Below, in pieces: positions 10,554 through 19,529 of a stretch of DNA of 64,000 nt. The notes beneath the pieces are model-generated. The model ran no database searches. It was given only the letters and a program-made list of their open reading frames with translations, and was not told the origin of the DNA. Within the stretch, counting starts at the first letter, position 1; the number at the start of each line of letters is the position of its first letter. The translations under genes were made by a program, and so were the position numbers. The DNA is from Bacteroidales bacterium (GTDB lineage: Bacteria; Bacteroidota; Bacteroidia; Bacteroidales; ML635J-15): assembly GCA_017617125.1 (NCBI GenBank), contig JAFZWY010000051.1:16008-80007 (forward strand), written 5' to 3'.

Positions 10554-10578
10554 GTCATGCTGAACAGGTTTCAGCATC
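10554..10578 (+). repeat. REP-like hairpin module, family A (gtcatgctgaac-agg-tttcagcatc)
   Basis: Palindromic arms atgctgaa / ttcagcat. Related copies lie at 17010, 17072, 54302, 54328 and 54389. Confidence 0.8.
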
Positions 10579-10710
10579 TAATTCCTTTTTTTTGTTTCAA
10601 GTTTCATGTGCTGCGCACGTTTCTAAGTCTGGGCTTGCAGGCTCGAAGGCTAACAGGCTTAAAGATGGGGGCAAGCCATCTAGACTGTCAGCCTTTCTGC
10701 CCATTTTCAC

Positions 10711-10783
10711 GTTTGAAAGTGAACCTTGAACTTTTGAACTTTTGAACTTTGAACCTGAAACATGAAACCTAGAAACCAGAAAC
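10711..10783. repeat. low-complexity word tract (ttgaac / gaaac units)
   Basis: The sequence reads gtttgaaagtgaaccttgaacttttgaacttttgaactttgaacctgaaacatgaaacctagaaaccagaaac. Confidence 0.8.
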
Positions 10784-10789
10784 TTTTCT

Positions 10790-10797
10790 TACCTTTG
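10790..10797 (+). promoter_or_regulatory. -7 promoter box TACCTTTG
   Basis: Perfect TAnnTTTG ending 4 nt before the ATG at 10802. Confidence 0.6.
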
Positions 10798-10801
10798 TGC
10801 C

Positions 10802-11599
10802 ATGAAGAAATTATTTGCATCGCTGATTGTTGTTGCGCTGTCGCTTGCGGCGGTTGCGCAGGATGCAGTCGTGCTTAGTGCCGATGTGGACGCTTCGTTT
10901 GTCGATGTCGACAGGCTGGGCAACATATACCTTGTAAAGGACAATGTGGTGAGAAAGTACGATCGCGAGATGAACTTTGTCTGCTCATACGACAATTATC
11001 CTGCAGGCAGTATGTCGTCGCTCGATGTCTCCAATCCGTTCAAGGTGATAGTGTTTTATTCCGAATTCAATAAGCTCATCTATCTCGACAGCAAGTTGTC
11101 GGAACTGCGCAGCCCCATTCTGCTCGACGATGCCGGTCTTTACAATACAAAGGTTGTGTGTACGTCGTCGTATGGCGGATTCTGGGTGTTCGACGAGCAG
11201 AATTCGTGCGTCAGGAGAGTCGATGGAAACATCGAAGTTTCGCAGCAGGGCACAAACATATACGACAAACTTGGTGATGCCGACGTGATTGCCATGCGCG
11301 AGTCGATAAACTATCTGTTCCTGTTTGCCGACGACGGTAAAATTATAATTCTCGATAAGTTCGGCAACTTTTTCCGTACCTTCGAAGCTGGCGGAAAGTG
11401 CTCGGACATGTGCATCGACAACGATGTTCTGTATTATAGTCGCGACGGTAGGATAGAGGCCTACGATGTAGCCTACGACACAACCATCACTATTCCTGCC
11501 GAAGGCAAGGAGGTCGGTATCTTCCGCATCAGGCACGACTTGCTTTATACGCTTGCAGGAAATAAATTGGAATGTTGTAAAATTCAAGTCGAAAAATAA
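10802..11599 (+). CDS. hypothetical secreted protein (265 aa)
   Basis: Signal peptide MKKLFASLIVVALSLAAVAQD. The sequence is repetitive and beta-rich with no diagnostic motif. Preferred over antisense ORF 10985..11632 because it has a signal peptide and a promoter box. Confidence 0.7.
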   Translation: MKKLFASLIVVALSLAAVAQDAVVLSADVDASFVDVDRLGNIYLVKDNVVRKYDREMNFVCSYDNYPAGSMSSLDVSNPFKVIVFYSEFNKLIYLDSKLSELRSPILLDDAGLYNTKVVCTSSYGGFWVFDEQNSCVRRVDGNIEVSQQGTNIYDKLGDADVIAMRESINYLFLFADDGKIIILDKFGNFFRTFEAGGKCSDMCIDNDVLYYSRDGRIEAYDVAYDTTITIPAEGKEVGIFRIRHDLLYTLAGNKLECCKIQVEK

Positions 11600-11649
11600 A
11601 TGCCGATTGTAAAAATTTCTGTAAATTAGCACCGCAAAAATTTAGAGGT

Positions 11650-12264
11650 ATGCATATAGCAGTAGCAGGAAACATTGGAGCCGGCAAAACAACCCTAACC
11701 AAATTGCTGGCAAAACATTACGGATGGACACCCAATTTCGAGGATGTCGACTATAATCCATATCTTAACGACTTTTACGAGGACATGCAGCGCTGGTCGT
11801 TCAACCTGCAGATTTATTTCTTGAACAGCCGTTTCAAACAGATACTCGAGATTCGCAAGTCGGAAAAGACTATTATCCAAGACAGAACCATATACGAGGA
11901 TGCCTATATATTTGCACCCAACTTGCATTCAATGGGACTGATGTCGAGCCGCGACTTCGACAACTATTTCAACTTGTTCAAGCTTATGACATCGGTGGTG
12001 CAGTCTCCCGACTTGCTGATATATCTTCGTGCCAGCGTTCCTACGCTAGTCCGTCAGATTCAGCAGCGCGGTCGTAAGTACGAATCTTCGATTCGCATCG
12101 ACTACCTTACCCGTCTCAACGAACGCTACGAGGCATGGGCTTCGGAATACGACAGCGGCAAACTGCTCATAATTGATGTCGACAACATCGACTTCGCCAA
12201 CAAGCCCGAAGACCTCAGCACAGTAATCGACAAGATTGATGCAGAATTGCACGGATTGTTTTAA
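11650..12264 (+). CDS. deoxynucleoside kinase (dAK/dGK/dCK family, 204 aa)
   Basis: P-loop VAGNIGAGKTTL at the N-terminus, a DR(T/S)IYED motif, and a size typical of the dNK family. Confidence 0.9.
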   Translation: MHIAVAGNIGAGKTTLTKLLAKHYGWTPNFEDVDYNPYLNDFYEDMQRWSFNLQIYFLNSRFKQILEIRKSEKTIIQDRTIYEDAYIFAPNLHSMGLMSSRDFDNYFNLFKLMTSVVQSPDLLIYLRASVPTLVRQIQQRGRKYESSIRIDYLTRLNERYEAWASEYDSGKLLIIDVDNIDFANKPEDLSTVIDKIDAELHGLF

Positions 12265-12289
12265 CAGATATACCTTATTATAATAATAG

Positions 12290-12314
12290 AGGCACCCGAT
12301 GAGGTGCCTTTTTT
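12290..12314 (+). terminator. hairpin terminator between convergent genes
   Basis: Stem aggcacc / ggtgcct followed by T6. Confidence 0.7.
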
Positions 12315-12318
12315 ATGC

Positions 12319-13782
12319 CTATGCGTGAGTTGTTTCGGCCTTCCTGCTGAATATCAGTAATCCTATGAATGTCAGCAGTCCGTTTACAATTAGTATTTCG
12401 AAACCGAACTTGTAGCCGAAGAACAGTTCCTCGGAATAAATATTTAGCAGATAGCTTATTATTGGTGAAAGTATCGCTATGAACGGAACTGCCTTGTCGT
12501 TTGGATTACGCTTCTTTATAAATAGTCCGAAGCAGAAAAGTCCCAGCAACGGCCCGTATGTGTAGCCGGCGATGTCGAAAAGCGTCTTAATGAGCGAATC
12601 GGTGTGGAACGGCTTGAATACTATTATGATAAGGAAGTATATTGCTGCGAATACAATATGTGTACGCTTGCGGATTTTTGTCTTTTTCTGCTCGTCGTAG
12701 TCGGGTTTCTTATCGAACTGCAGAATGTCGAAGCAGAAAGTTGTGGTAAGCGATGTCAATGTTCCGTCGGCGCTTGAGTAGCCAGCGGCCACCAGACCGA
12801 TTATGAAGATTATCCACGTTACCGAACCCAGGTTCTGTGCCACTGCAGCGAAAATGCTGTCGGACTTTTCGGGCAATACAAAGCCGGTTTGTGATGCGTA
12901 TGTCATCAGCGCTACGCCGAGGGCAAGGAACAGGAAGTTTACAATGACGATGCACACGCTGAACGAGAGCATGTTTTTGCGTGCTTCCTTAAGCGACTTG
13001 CAGGTGAGGTTCTTTTGCATCATGTCCTGGTCGAGACCTGTCATCGCTATGGTTATGAATGCACCGCTGAGGATTTGCTTGATAAAGAAATTGTTCGACC
13101 GCCAATCGGTGTCGAACATGCGCGTGTAGCCTTCGTCGGTAGCCTGCGACATCATGTCGAAGAATGAAATGTCCATTTCCTTGAGCAGGAAAACGATGGT
13201 AACCACCGTCGAAAGCAGCATGAAGGTTGTCTGCAGCGTGTCGGTCCAGATGATGGTCTTTATTCCGCCCTTGAAGGTGTATATCAGAATCAGCACGATG
13301 AAGAACAGCGCCAAAGCCCAGAACGGGACGCCTATTGCCTTGAATACGAATTCGTGCAGGACAAACACCACAAGGTACATGCGAAGGGCTGAACCCAGCA
13401 TTCGCGATACTATGAAGAAAAATGAGCCTGTCCGTTGCGAATTGCTTCCGAATCGCTTGTCGAGGTATGTGTATATCGACGTGAGGTTAAGCCTGTAGTA
13501 GAGCGGCAGCAGCACAAATGCAATCACAATGTATCCTATTGTGTATCCTAGTACCACTCCGAAGTATGTAAACTGGCTGCTCTGCACATATCCGGGTACC
13601 GACATGAAAGTCACCCCCGACAACGAGGCGCCAATCATTCCGTATGCTACGACAAACCACGGCGACCTGCGGTTGCCTGTAAAAAATGTATCATTGTTGG
13701 CTTTGCGCGATGTGATGTGCGAAATTAGAATCAGCAGGGCAAAGTAGCCGACGACTATTGACGCTATTACGTATGGACTCAT
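12319..13782 (-). CDS. sodium:solute symporter (SSS) family transporter (487 aa)
   Basis: About 13 TM helices and SSS-like N-terminal motifs (FFTGNRRSPWFVVAYGMIGASLSGVTF). Confidence 0.85.
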   Translation of the reverse strand: MSPYVIASIVVGYFALLILISHITSRKANNDTFFTGNRRSPWFVVAYGMIGASLSGVTFMSVPGYVQSSQFTYFGVVLGYTIGYIVIAFVLLPLYYRLNLTSIYTYLDKRFGSNSQRTGSFFFIVSRMLGSALRMYLVVFVLHEFVFKAIGVPFWALALFFIVLILIYTFKGGIKTIIWTDTLQTTFMLLSTVVTIVFLLKEMDISFFDMMSQATDEGYTRMFDTDWRSNNFFIKQILSGAFITIAMTGLDQDMMQKNLTCKSLKEARKNMLSFSVCIVIVNFLFLALGVALMTYASQTGFVLPEKSDSIFAAVAQNLGSVTWIIFIIGLVAAGYSSADGTLTSLTTTFCFDILQFDKKPDYDEQKKTKIRKRTHIVFAAIYFLIIIVFKPFHTDSLIKTLFDIAGYTYGPLLGLFCFGLFIKKRNPNDKAVPFIAILSPIISYLLNIYSEELFFGYKFGFEILIVNGLLTFIGLLIFSRKAETTHA

Positions 13783-13806
13783 TTCGGTGAGGTCGCGGTG
13801 TTTAGC

Positions 13807-16038
13807 TTACTTTATGTTCTTTGGCTGCAAGTTTTCTGGAAGGGTGATGACAAATATATCGAGGTTGCCCTTCTTTCCCTTGCCTGCTGTCGATTTCGAG
13901 AAATAAGCCTGGGTTCCGTCGTTGCTAATCTTGTAGCCCATGTCGTCGGAAGCGGTATTTATTTCCTTGCCGAGGTTTATAGGTTCGCTCCAGCAGTCCC
14001 AGCAGTCGTCGCTAAGACGTGTGGTTACGTACATGTCGAGTCCGCCAAGTCCGCCGTGTCCATCTGAAGCGAAATACAAGTGCTTGTTGTCGGAGTGCAG
14101 GAACGGGGTGCGCTCGGTGTAAAGCGTGTTGATTGTTCCGCCGAGGTTGATCGGTTTGCCCCATTCGCCGTCTTCGTTGATAGTGCAGACGTACAAGTCG
14201 GTCTGGTGCTCGTCGACCTTTCCGTGGTATACGAGTCCGTCGAAGTCGGCATCGTTGAACATGTTGAGCATGTCGCTCCGCTTAGCTGCGAAGAACAATG
14301 CCTTTCCGTCTTTGCTCAAGAAGGCGTCGCACTGCCAGTTGCTTGTGTTAACGTTGTTTGACATCTTTTGAGCCTTTCCCCAGGTGGCTCCAGCCTTCTT
14401 CGAGAAGTAAAGACGTCCGTTCTTGAAAATGTACATAGTGTTACCCGATGCGTTGATGCATTGCGGATAGTCGTTTGCCTTTGTCGAAATTTCACCAATT
14501 ATCTGGGCTTCGCTCCAGCCGTCGGCAGTCTTCTCCGAAACGAAGATGTCTTCGCCGCTCTTGTTGTTGCTACGGCCTTCGCCGCAGAAATACATGAAGT
14601 TGCCATCCGACGAGAGGATAGGATTATATTCGTTTCCTGATGTGTTTACTGTTTCGGGCAATGCTTCGGCAACAACAGGCTGCGACTTTTGTTCGATTAT
14701 GCTCAGCAAGTTGTCGATTTTCTTGGTTTTGTCTTTCCAGTACTGGCGGTATTTCTGTATTGTAGCAGTAGCTGCCGACCAGTTCTTGCTTTCTATGTCC
14801 GATTCGATCATCTTCTGCAATGCAACGAAAGCCTTTTCCCTTGGAGCTGCTGCCTTGATGTATTCGTCGTAGGCTTCGGCTTTCTTGGGGTTGTACTTGC
14901 TGTGTATCTTCAGTTTGTCGCCCATGGCGGCAATTGCCGAGTCGGCCACGTAGCTGTCGCGGATAATTGCGCGCTGGCTGTTGTCGAGTTCTTCGTACAG
15001 TGCCTTAAGCGAAATCATTTCGCCGTCGGCTGCAATTATGTTGTAGTAAAGCTTGAGTGCTTGTTTCTTCTTGTCGCCTTCGAGTTTCTTGAAGCAGTAC
15101 TTTGCAACTTCGGCATTGTCGCCTGCGCATTGCATTGCCGAAGCGAGTGCCATGTTGTTCCATTTGCTCTTCGGGTATCTCTTTGCGAAGCGGATGTACG
15201 AGCTGCAGTCGCCGTCGCTGGTTTCTTCGTTGTACAGTTTTTCGTCGTACAGCATTTCGGCCTTGTAGTACTGCGAGCTCTTAGGATATTTTTCCATGTA
15301 TTGCTTGAGTGCTGCCGATGTGTTTTCCTTTTCGGCATCGGCGAGTGCTATGACATATATTTGTTCCTGTGCTTCGCCAGCGAGTGCCGAAGTCGGGTAT
15401 TTCTTCAGGAATTCTTCGTACGAAGCAACTGTATTTCCTGCCTTTGCCTTTTCCATGGCCTTATCGTCACGACGCTTGGTTGCATCTGGAATTTGCTGTG
15501 CTTCGGGATAGGTCTTTATGAATGAGTTGTAAGATTCTTCGGTGTCGTCCTTCAGTGCGAGCTTGTATGCTTCGATGTCGCGGTACATGCGAGCTTCGGT
15601 CTTGTAGTCTTCTGGAGCCTTGCGGTAGAAGAACAAATAGTTCTGGTAGGCCTCGAATGTATTGGCTACCGTTGCATCGCGCAGGGCGTAGCGGCATACG
15701 GTATCGATGTACTTTGTGAATACTTCGGGATTGATAGGTACGGTGTTCAATTTTTCCTTTGTCTTGTCGTCGAGCTGCGGATAGTATGTCTCGCAGTTAA
15801 GCAGGCATTTGTACGATTCAACAGGGTCGTAGCCTTCGTAGGCCCTTTGGTACAAAAGATATGCCTTGTAGAAATTGAATTCCACGTCGTCCATGTTTTT
15901 GCTAAGACCTTTCTCTATTGCCTTTGCTGCATTGTCGTATTTGCCCTTCCAGATAAACTCCAAGGCCTTAATTTGTTGTGAAAATGCTGACGCAGAGAGT
16001 GTTACAGCTAACAAAACAAGTAAAAATTTCCTATTCAT
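13807..16038 (-). CDS. TPR-repeat plus PD40/TolB-like beta-propeller-repeat protein, secreted (743 aa)
   Basis: Signal peptide MNRKFLLVLLAVTLSASAFSQQ and an alpha-helical TPR-like N-half. The C-half has repeated PD40-type motifs (..SSDGNFMYF, ..SKDGKALFFAA, ..SDNKHLYFASD, ..SNDGTQAYFS). No OmpA-like tail. Confidence 0.75.
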   Translation of the reverse strand: MNRKFLLVLLAVTLSASAFSQQIKALEFIWKGKYDNAAKAIEKGLSKNMDDVEFNFYKAYLLYQRAYEGYDPVESYKCLLNCETYYPQLDDKTKEKLNTVPINPEVFTKYIDTVCRYALRDATVANTFEAYQNYLFFYRKAPEDYKTEARMYRDIEAYKLALKDDTEESYNSFIKTYPEAQQIPDATKRRDDKAMEKAKAGNTVASYEEFLKKYPTSALAGEAQEQIYVIALADAEKENTSAALKQYMEKYPKSSQYYKAEMLYDEKLYNEETSDGDCSSYIRFAKRYPKSKWNNMALASAMQCAGDNAEVAKYCFKKLEGDKKKQALKLYYNIIAADGEMISLKALYEELDNSQRAIIRDSYVADSAIAAMGDKLKIHSKYNPKKAEAYDEYIKAAAPREKAFVALQKMIESDIESKNWSAATATIQKYRQYWKDKTKKIDNLLSIIEQKSQPVVAEALPETVNTSGNEYNPILSSDGNFMYFCGEGRSNNKSGEDIFVSEKTADGWSEAQIIGEISTKANDYPQCINASGNTMYIFKNGRLYFSKKAGATWGKAQKMSNNVNTSNWQCDAFLSKDGKALFFAAKRSDMLNMFNDADFDGLVYHGKVDEHQTDLYVCTINEDGEWGKPINLGGTINTLYTERTPFLHSDNKHLYFASDGHGGLGGLDMYVTTRLSDDCWDCWSEPINLGKEINTASDDMGYKISNDGTQAYFSKSTAGKGKKGNLDIFVITLPENLQPKNIK

Positions 16039-16162
16039 GCAATATACATTTTGAGGTCGTAAATTTAATGTAAATTATCGGATTGCGGAAAAATTATTGT
16101 GCATTATTTATTCATAATTGTCTGTGCATATTTCAAGCATATCAATGTTCGGAATAATTGCT

Positions 16163-16170
16163 TACTTTTG
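16163..16170 (+). promoter_or_regulatory. -7 promoter box TACTTTTG
   Basis: Perfect TAnnTTTG, 23 nt before the ATG at 16194. Confidence 0.55.
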
Positions 16171-16193
16171 TCCCGTCAAAATAAAATTTCGAT

Positions 16194-16994
16194 ATGGTAA
16201 AGGATTTCGAGCTCAAGGATTGCAAATACACAGTGAACGACGTGGTTCCGTGCTACGACGTTGATTCAAATATCCGTATGAAGCCAGTGGCTTTCATGAA
16301 CATAGCCCAGGAAATGGCTACCCGTGCCGCCGAGCCTTTCGGATTCGGCTACAACGATATGCTGAAGAAAAACATGGCGTGGGTACTTTCGCGCATGCAC
16401 TTTGTTTTTGTCGATACTCCGCTGTGGAACGATGAGATTGTTGTTTCGACCTGGCACAAGGGCATTGTCGGTCCGTTTTTCGTAAGGGACTTTTTGGTTC
16501 GTGGTACCGACGGCGCGCAAAAGGTAATAGGCACAAGTTCGTGGGTGGTGCTCGACTTGGCGAAACGCTCTATGGTAAGGTTGTCGGAATTTGTTGGCAT
16601 GATTCCCGACGATTCGGCCTGCCACGAAAGTGCAATAGAAACTCCAGCACCCAAGGCTATGATGCCACGCGGTGTGGAGCCTCGTCTTGTGCGAAGCGAA
16701 GTGCTCGGCTATTCCGACACCGACATGAATGCTCACACCAACAATGCACGCTATATACAACATGCCATGAACTGTTTCGACTATGCCGAATTGCAGAAAC
16801 TTTCGGTTGCCGAAGTTTTCATAACCTTCAATCACGAAACCCGTCCCGGCGAGCAGCTCGACATGTATATGTACGATGAGCCACTTGGGGAACCAAAGCT
16901 TTCGATGAACGGCAAACCGATTGTGCGCAGTACGATTGTCGAAGGCAAGGTTGGCGATATGCAGGCGTTCTGCACGAGAATTGTTTTCAATTGA
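16194..16994 (+). CDS. acyl-[acyl-carrier-protein] thioesterase (FatA/B-like, 266 aa)
   Basis: Double hot-dog length, and the sequence pattern resembles bacterial acyl-ACP thioesterases (..AQEMATRAAEPFGFGY..MAWVLSRMH.., ..DMNAHTNNARY..). Confidence 0.8.
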   Translation: MVKDFELKDCKYTVNDVVPCYDVDSNIRMKPVAFMNIAQEMATRAAEPFGFGYNDMLKKNMAWVLSRMHFVFVDTPLWNDEIVVSTWHKGIVGPFFVRDFLVRGTDGAQKVIGTSSWVVLDLAKRSMVRLSEFVGMIPDDSACHESAIETPAPKAMMPRGVEPRLVRSEVLGYSDTDMNAHTNNARYIQHAMNCFDYAELQKLSVAEVFITFNHETRPGEQLDMYMYDEPLGEPKLSMNGKPIVRSTIVEGKVGDMQAFCTRIVFN

Positions 16995-17009
16995 TAATGA
17001 ACGTAAACT

Positions 17010-17036
17010 GTCATGCTGAATTTATTTCAGCATCCG
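17010..17036 (+). repeat. REP-like hairpin module, family A variant (gtcatgctgaatttatttcagcatccg)
   Basis: A 27-nt sequence found exactly, in inverted orientation, at 54389..54415. Confidence 0.85.
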
Positions 17037-17050
17037 ATACTAGATTCTGT

Positions 17051-17098
17051 CCTTCGACAGGCTCAGGAAGCAGTTCAGGATGACCGGTGCTGAAACAA
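17051..17098 (-). repeat. REP-like composite of a family E module (ccttcgacaggctcagg) and an inverted family A module
   Basis: 17072..17098 is the reverse complement of ttgtttcagcaccggtcatcctgaact at 54314..54340. 17051..17067 is the inverse of cctgagcctgtcgaagg-type modules at 45744 and 51465. Confidence 0.8.
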
Positions 17099-17202
17099 AT
17101 TTATTTAACTGTGTTGATTGCAAAGCAATTTCTGCCTTTTAGAGCACACAAACAAATACATTTAGCGGACGCAAAGCATTGCGACTATACAAATTCATCT
17201 AA

Positions 17203-17235
17203 CAAAAAAATCCCCGCCGAAGCGAGGATTTTTTG
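17203..17235 (-). terminator. bidirectional rho-independent terminator after the S46 peptidase gene
   Basis: Stem aatccccgc / gcgaggatt (one mismatch) with a cgaa loop, flanked by an A7 run and a T6 run. Confidence 0.7.
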
Positions 17236-17252
17236 CTTATGAGATAATCTTA

Positions 17253-19454
17253 TTATTTTCTGATATCCAATTCTTCGATGATGTTCTTTGCTCCGTAGAG
17301 TTCATCAATTACCCAAAGTACATAACGAGCGTCAACATTGATAGTTCTTTGCATTTCGGGGCTGAAGATGAGGTTCGAGCAGAGCCATTCCCAGTTGCCG
17401 TCGAAAGCAAGACCAATGAGTTCGCCGTTGCCGTTGATGATTGGAGAACCCGAGTTACCACCGGTGATGTCGTTGTCGCTGAGGAAGCAAACAGGAAGAT
17501 TGCCAGTTTCGTCGGCATAGCGGCCATACTGCTTCTTGTTGTAGAGTTCCTTCAATTCCTTTGGAACAACAAATTCTGGATCGCTCGGATTTTCCTTTTC
17601 GATGATACCGTCGATGTAGGTCAAATATTTGTACTTAACACCGTCGCGTGGAATGTAGCTCTGTACTGTTCCGTAGGTGAGACGGAGTGTTGAGTTTGCA
17701 TCCGGATAGAAAACTCTGTCCTTTTCGAATTCGCGGAGACCCTGAGTGTAAACTCTTTCGAGAGTTTCAATCTTGTTCATAGGACCTACAAATGCGCCCT
17801 GCAACGGCATGATTCCGCTGTAAACGCTCTTTGCAAAACCGAACATTGGGTCAGCATCTAGAGCCTTCTTGGTAGGCTTGTCGAGGAATGCGTTGAGACG
17901 ATCCTTGTCGGTGAAGATAGACTTGCTGTAAACAGCATTGATGAATTTCGAAATCGATTCAGCTTCGGTTTTGCCCTTGTAGTTCTTGAACAGGTAATCG
18001 CTGAAAGCAGCAACTCTTCTTTCTGCCGGGATGGTGTTTACATAGTGGTTGAGCATTCTTTCGAACGACTTTCTGTCGGTGTTTACAAAGTAGTTCTTGA
18101 ACATGTCGTCAACGCCACCCTTGAATTCGGTGCAGAATTCCTTAATCTGGTCTGCATTACCCTTTTCGTCTTCGAGGAGTCTCGACAACATGAACATCTG
18201 CAACGAGTTCATAGTCATGTCGCTACCCTGGCTGAGAAGGAGAGAGATGAGGAGCATGTCTTGTGTTGCCTGTCCGTACGATTCGTAAGTGCTCTTGAGT
18301 TCGTCGAGAACGTTGCCGTAGAGTTTCTTGCGGCTGTCGTTTGCGTTAGCCCATTTCTGGAATGCGGCTTCTTCCTCTTCCTTGAGCTGAATTGCGTTTG
18401 TTGACTTGAGAGTGGCAATTTCACCGCCCCAAAGTTTGTAACCATTAGCAAGTGATGCGTAAGTGTCGGCCATTGCAAGACGGATATTGTCGTCAACGTC
18501 CATGTCTTCCTTCATTGCGCCGAGCTTTACGCCGAGAGCGTTAACTGCGCTTGGGTTGTACCAGTCGCGTTTGTACTTCATACCGTAGGAGCAGAGGAAA
18601 CGTTCGGTGCTGCCCGGGTAACCCATAATCATTGTGAAGTCGCCTTCCTTTACACCCTTTATTGAAACAGGGAGATAGTGGAGAGGCTTGTAAGGTACAT
18701 TGTTCTTGTCGTAGCTCTTGGTTGGCTTGCCGTCGGGCGACATGTATACGCGGAAAATCGAGAAGTCGCCAGTGTGACGAGGCCACATCCAGTTGTCGGT
18801 GTCGCCACCGAACTTACCAATTGATGAAGGAGGAGCACCTACAAAACGAACATCACCGAAAATTTCATATACGAAAAGGTAGTATTCGCCACCCTTGTAC
18901 ATTTCTTCAACCGATGCTTCGTATTCGTTGTCCTTAGTAGCTTCTGCAACGATTTCCTTCATTGCTTCGCCAACCTTCTTTGCTCTTTCGGCTTCGGGAG
19001 TTTCGTTGGTTATACCCTTGAGTACGCGTTCGGTAACATCGTCGATGCGAACAACTCGGCTAACTCTGAGCCACGGGCACGAAAGTTCTTCTTCCTTGCT
19101 CTTCGACCAGTAACCGTTGTCGAGGTAGTTGTGCTCGGTGGTGCTGAGCTTGGTTATCGACTCGTAACCGCAGTGGTGGTTGGTGAAAAGCAAACCTTCC
19201 TTGCTGACGATTTCGCCTGTGCAGAAACCTCCGCCTTCGGCCGACTGCAACTGGAATATTGCGTCCTTCATGCTGGAGTGGTTGATGCTGTAGATTTCTT
19301 CGGCAGTGAGCTTGCAGCCAAGTTTCTGCATCTGTCCGTAGTTCAACTGTGCAATCTTGTTAGGCAACCACATACCCTCGTCGGGTTCTGGTGTTGCGTT
19401 CAGCCATAGTGCGCCTGCAAAGAGGGCAACCAATAAGGTACTGATTCTCTTCAT
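17253..19454 (-). CDS. S46 family dipeptidyl-peptidase (DPP7/DPP11-like serine peptidase, 733 aa)
   Basis: Signal peptide, FTNHHCG (catalytic His region) and GGNSGSPIINGNGELIGLAFDGNWE (catalytic Ser region). The size is typical of S46. Confidence 0.9.
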   Translation of the reverse strand: MKRISTLLVALFAGALWLNATPEPDEGMWLPNKIAQLNYGQMQKLGCKLTAEEIYSINHSSMKDAIFQLQSAEGGGFCTGEIVSKEGLLFTNHHCGYESITKLSTTEHNYLDNGYWSKSKEEELSCPWLRVSRVVRIDDVTERVLKGITNETPEAERAKKVGEAMKEIVAEATKDNEYEASVEEMYKGGEYYLFVYEIFGDVRFVGAPPSSIGKFGGDTDNWMWPRHTGDFSIFRVYMSPDGKPTKSYDKNNVPYKPLHYLPVSIKGVKEGDFTMIMGYPGSTERFLCSYGMKYKRDWYNPSAVNALGVKLGAMKEDMDVDDNIRLAMADTYASLANGYKLWGGEIATLKSTNAIQLKEEEEAAFQKWANANDSRKKLYGNVLDELKSTYESYGQATQDMLLISLLLSQGSDMTMNSLQMFMLSRLLEDEKGNADQIKEFCTEFKGGVDDMFKNYFVNTDRKSFERMLNHYVNTIPAERRVAAFSDYLFKNYKGKTEAESISKFINAVYSKSIFTDKDRLNAFLDKPTKKALDADPMFGFAKSVYSGIMPLQGAFVGPMNKIETLERVYTQGLREFEKDRVFYPDANSTLRLTYGTVQSYIPRDGVKYKYLTYIDGIIEKENPSDPEFVVPKELKELYNKKQYGRYADETGNLPVCFLSDNDITGGNSGSPIINGNGELIGLAFDGNWEWLCSNLIFSPEMQRTINVDARYVLWVIDELYGAKNIIEELDIRK

Positions 19455-19487
19455 AAATTTATCCTTTATTTGTTGTTATTTTTTTTG

Positions 19488-19495
19488 CAAATATA
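19488..19495 (-). promoter_or_regulatory. -7 promoter box (TATATTTG on the minus strand) for the S46 peptidase gene
   Basis: Plus strand reads caaatata, 34 nt upstream of the ATG at 19454. Confidence 0.55.
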
Positions 19496-19529
19496 TTCCT
19501 TGATGCTAAAATGTTGAATTAATAAAAAA

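Noticed and set aside
10488-10745. An 85-aa ORF in the antiporter/10802 intergenic region. Similar ORFs occur at 51341..51529, 51536..51763, 51932..52171 and 54124..54357.
   Set aside because: All are translations of REP-like modules and low-complexity word tracts. They have no promoter box or start context, their composition is biased, and the same peptide words recur in both orientations.
14689-15525. Long antisense ORFs inside confidently called genes. This one is 278 aa; others are 662..1336, 9640..10329, 10985..11632, 23321..23872, 39264..39896, 41494..42036, 44226..44714, 53525..54130, 59922..60593, 62643..63095 and 63222..63698.
   Set aside because: These are shadow ORFs opposite genes with clear family signatures. 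Their products are Cys/Val/Phe/Arg-rich and low-complexity, with no motifs. This is typical of the antisense frame of coding DNA at about 45-50% GC.
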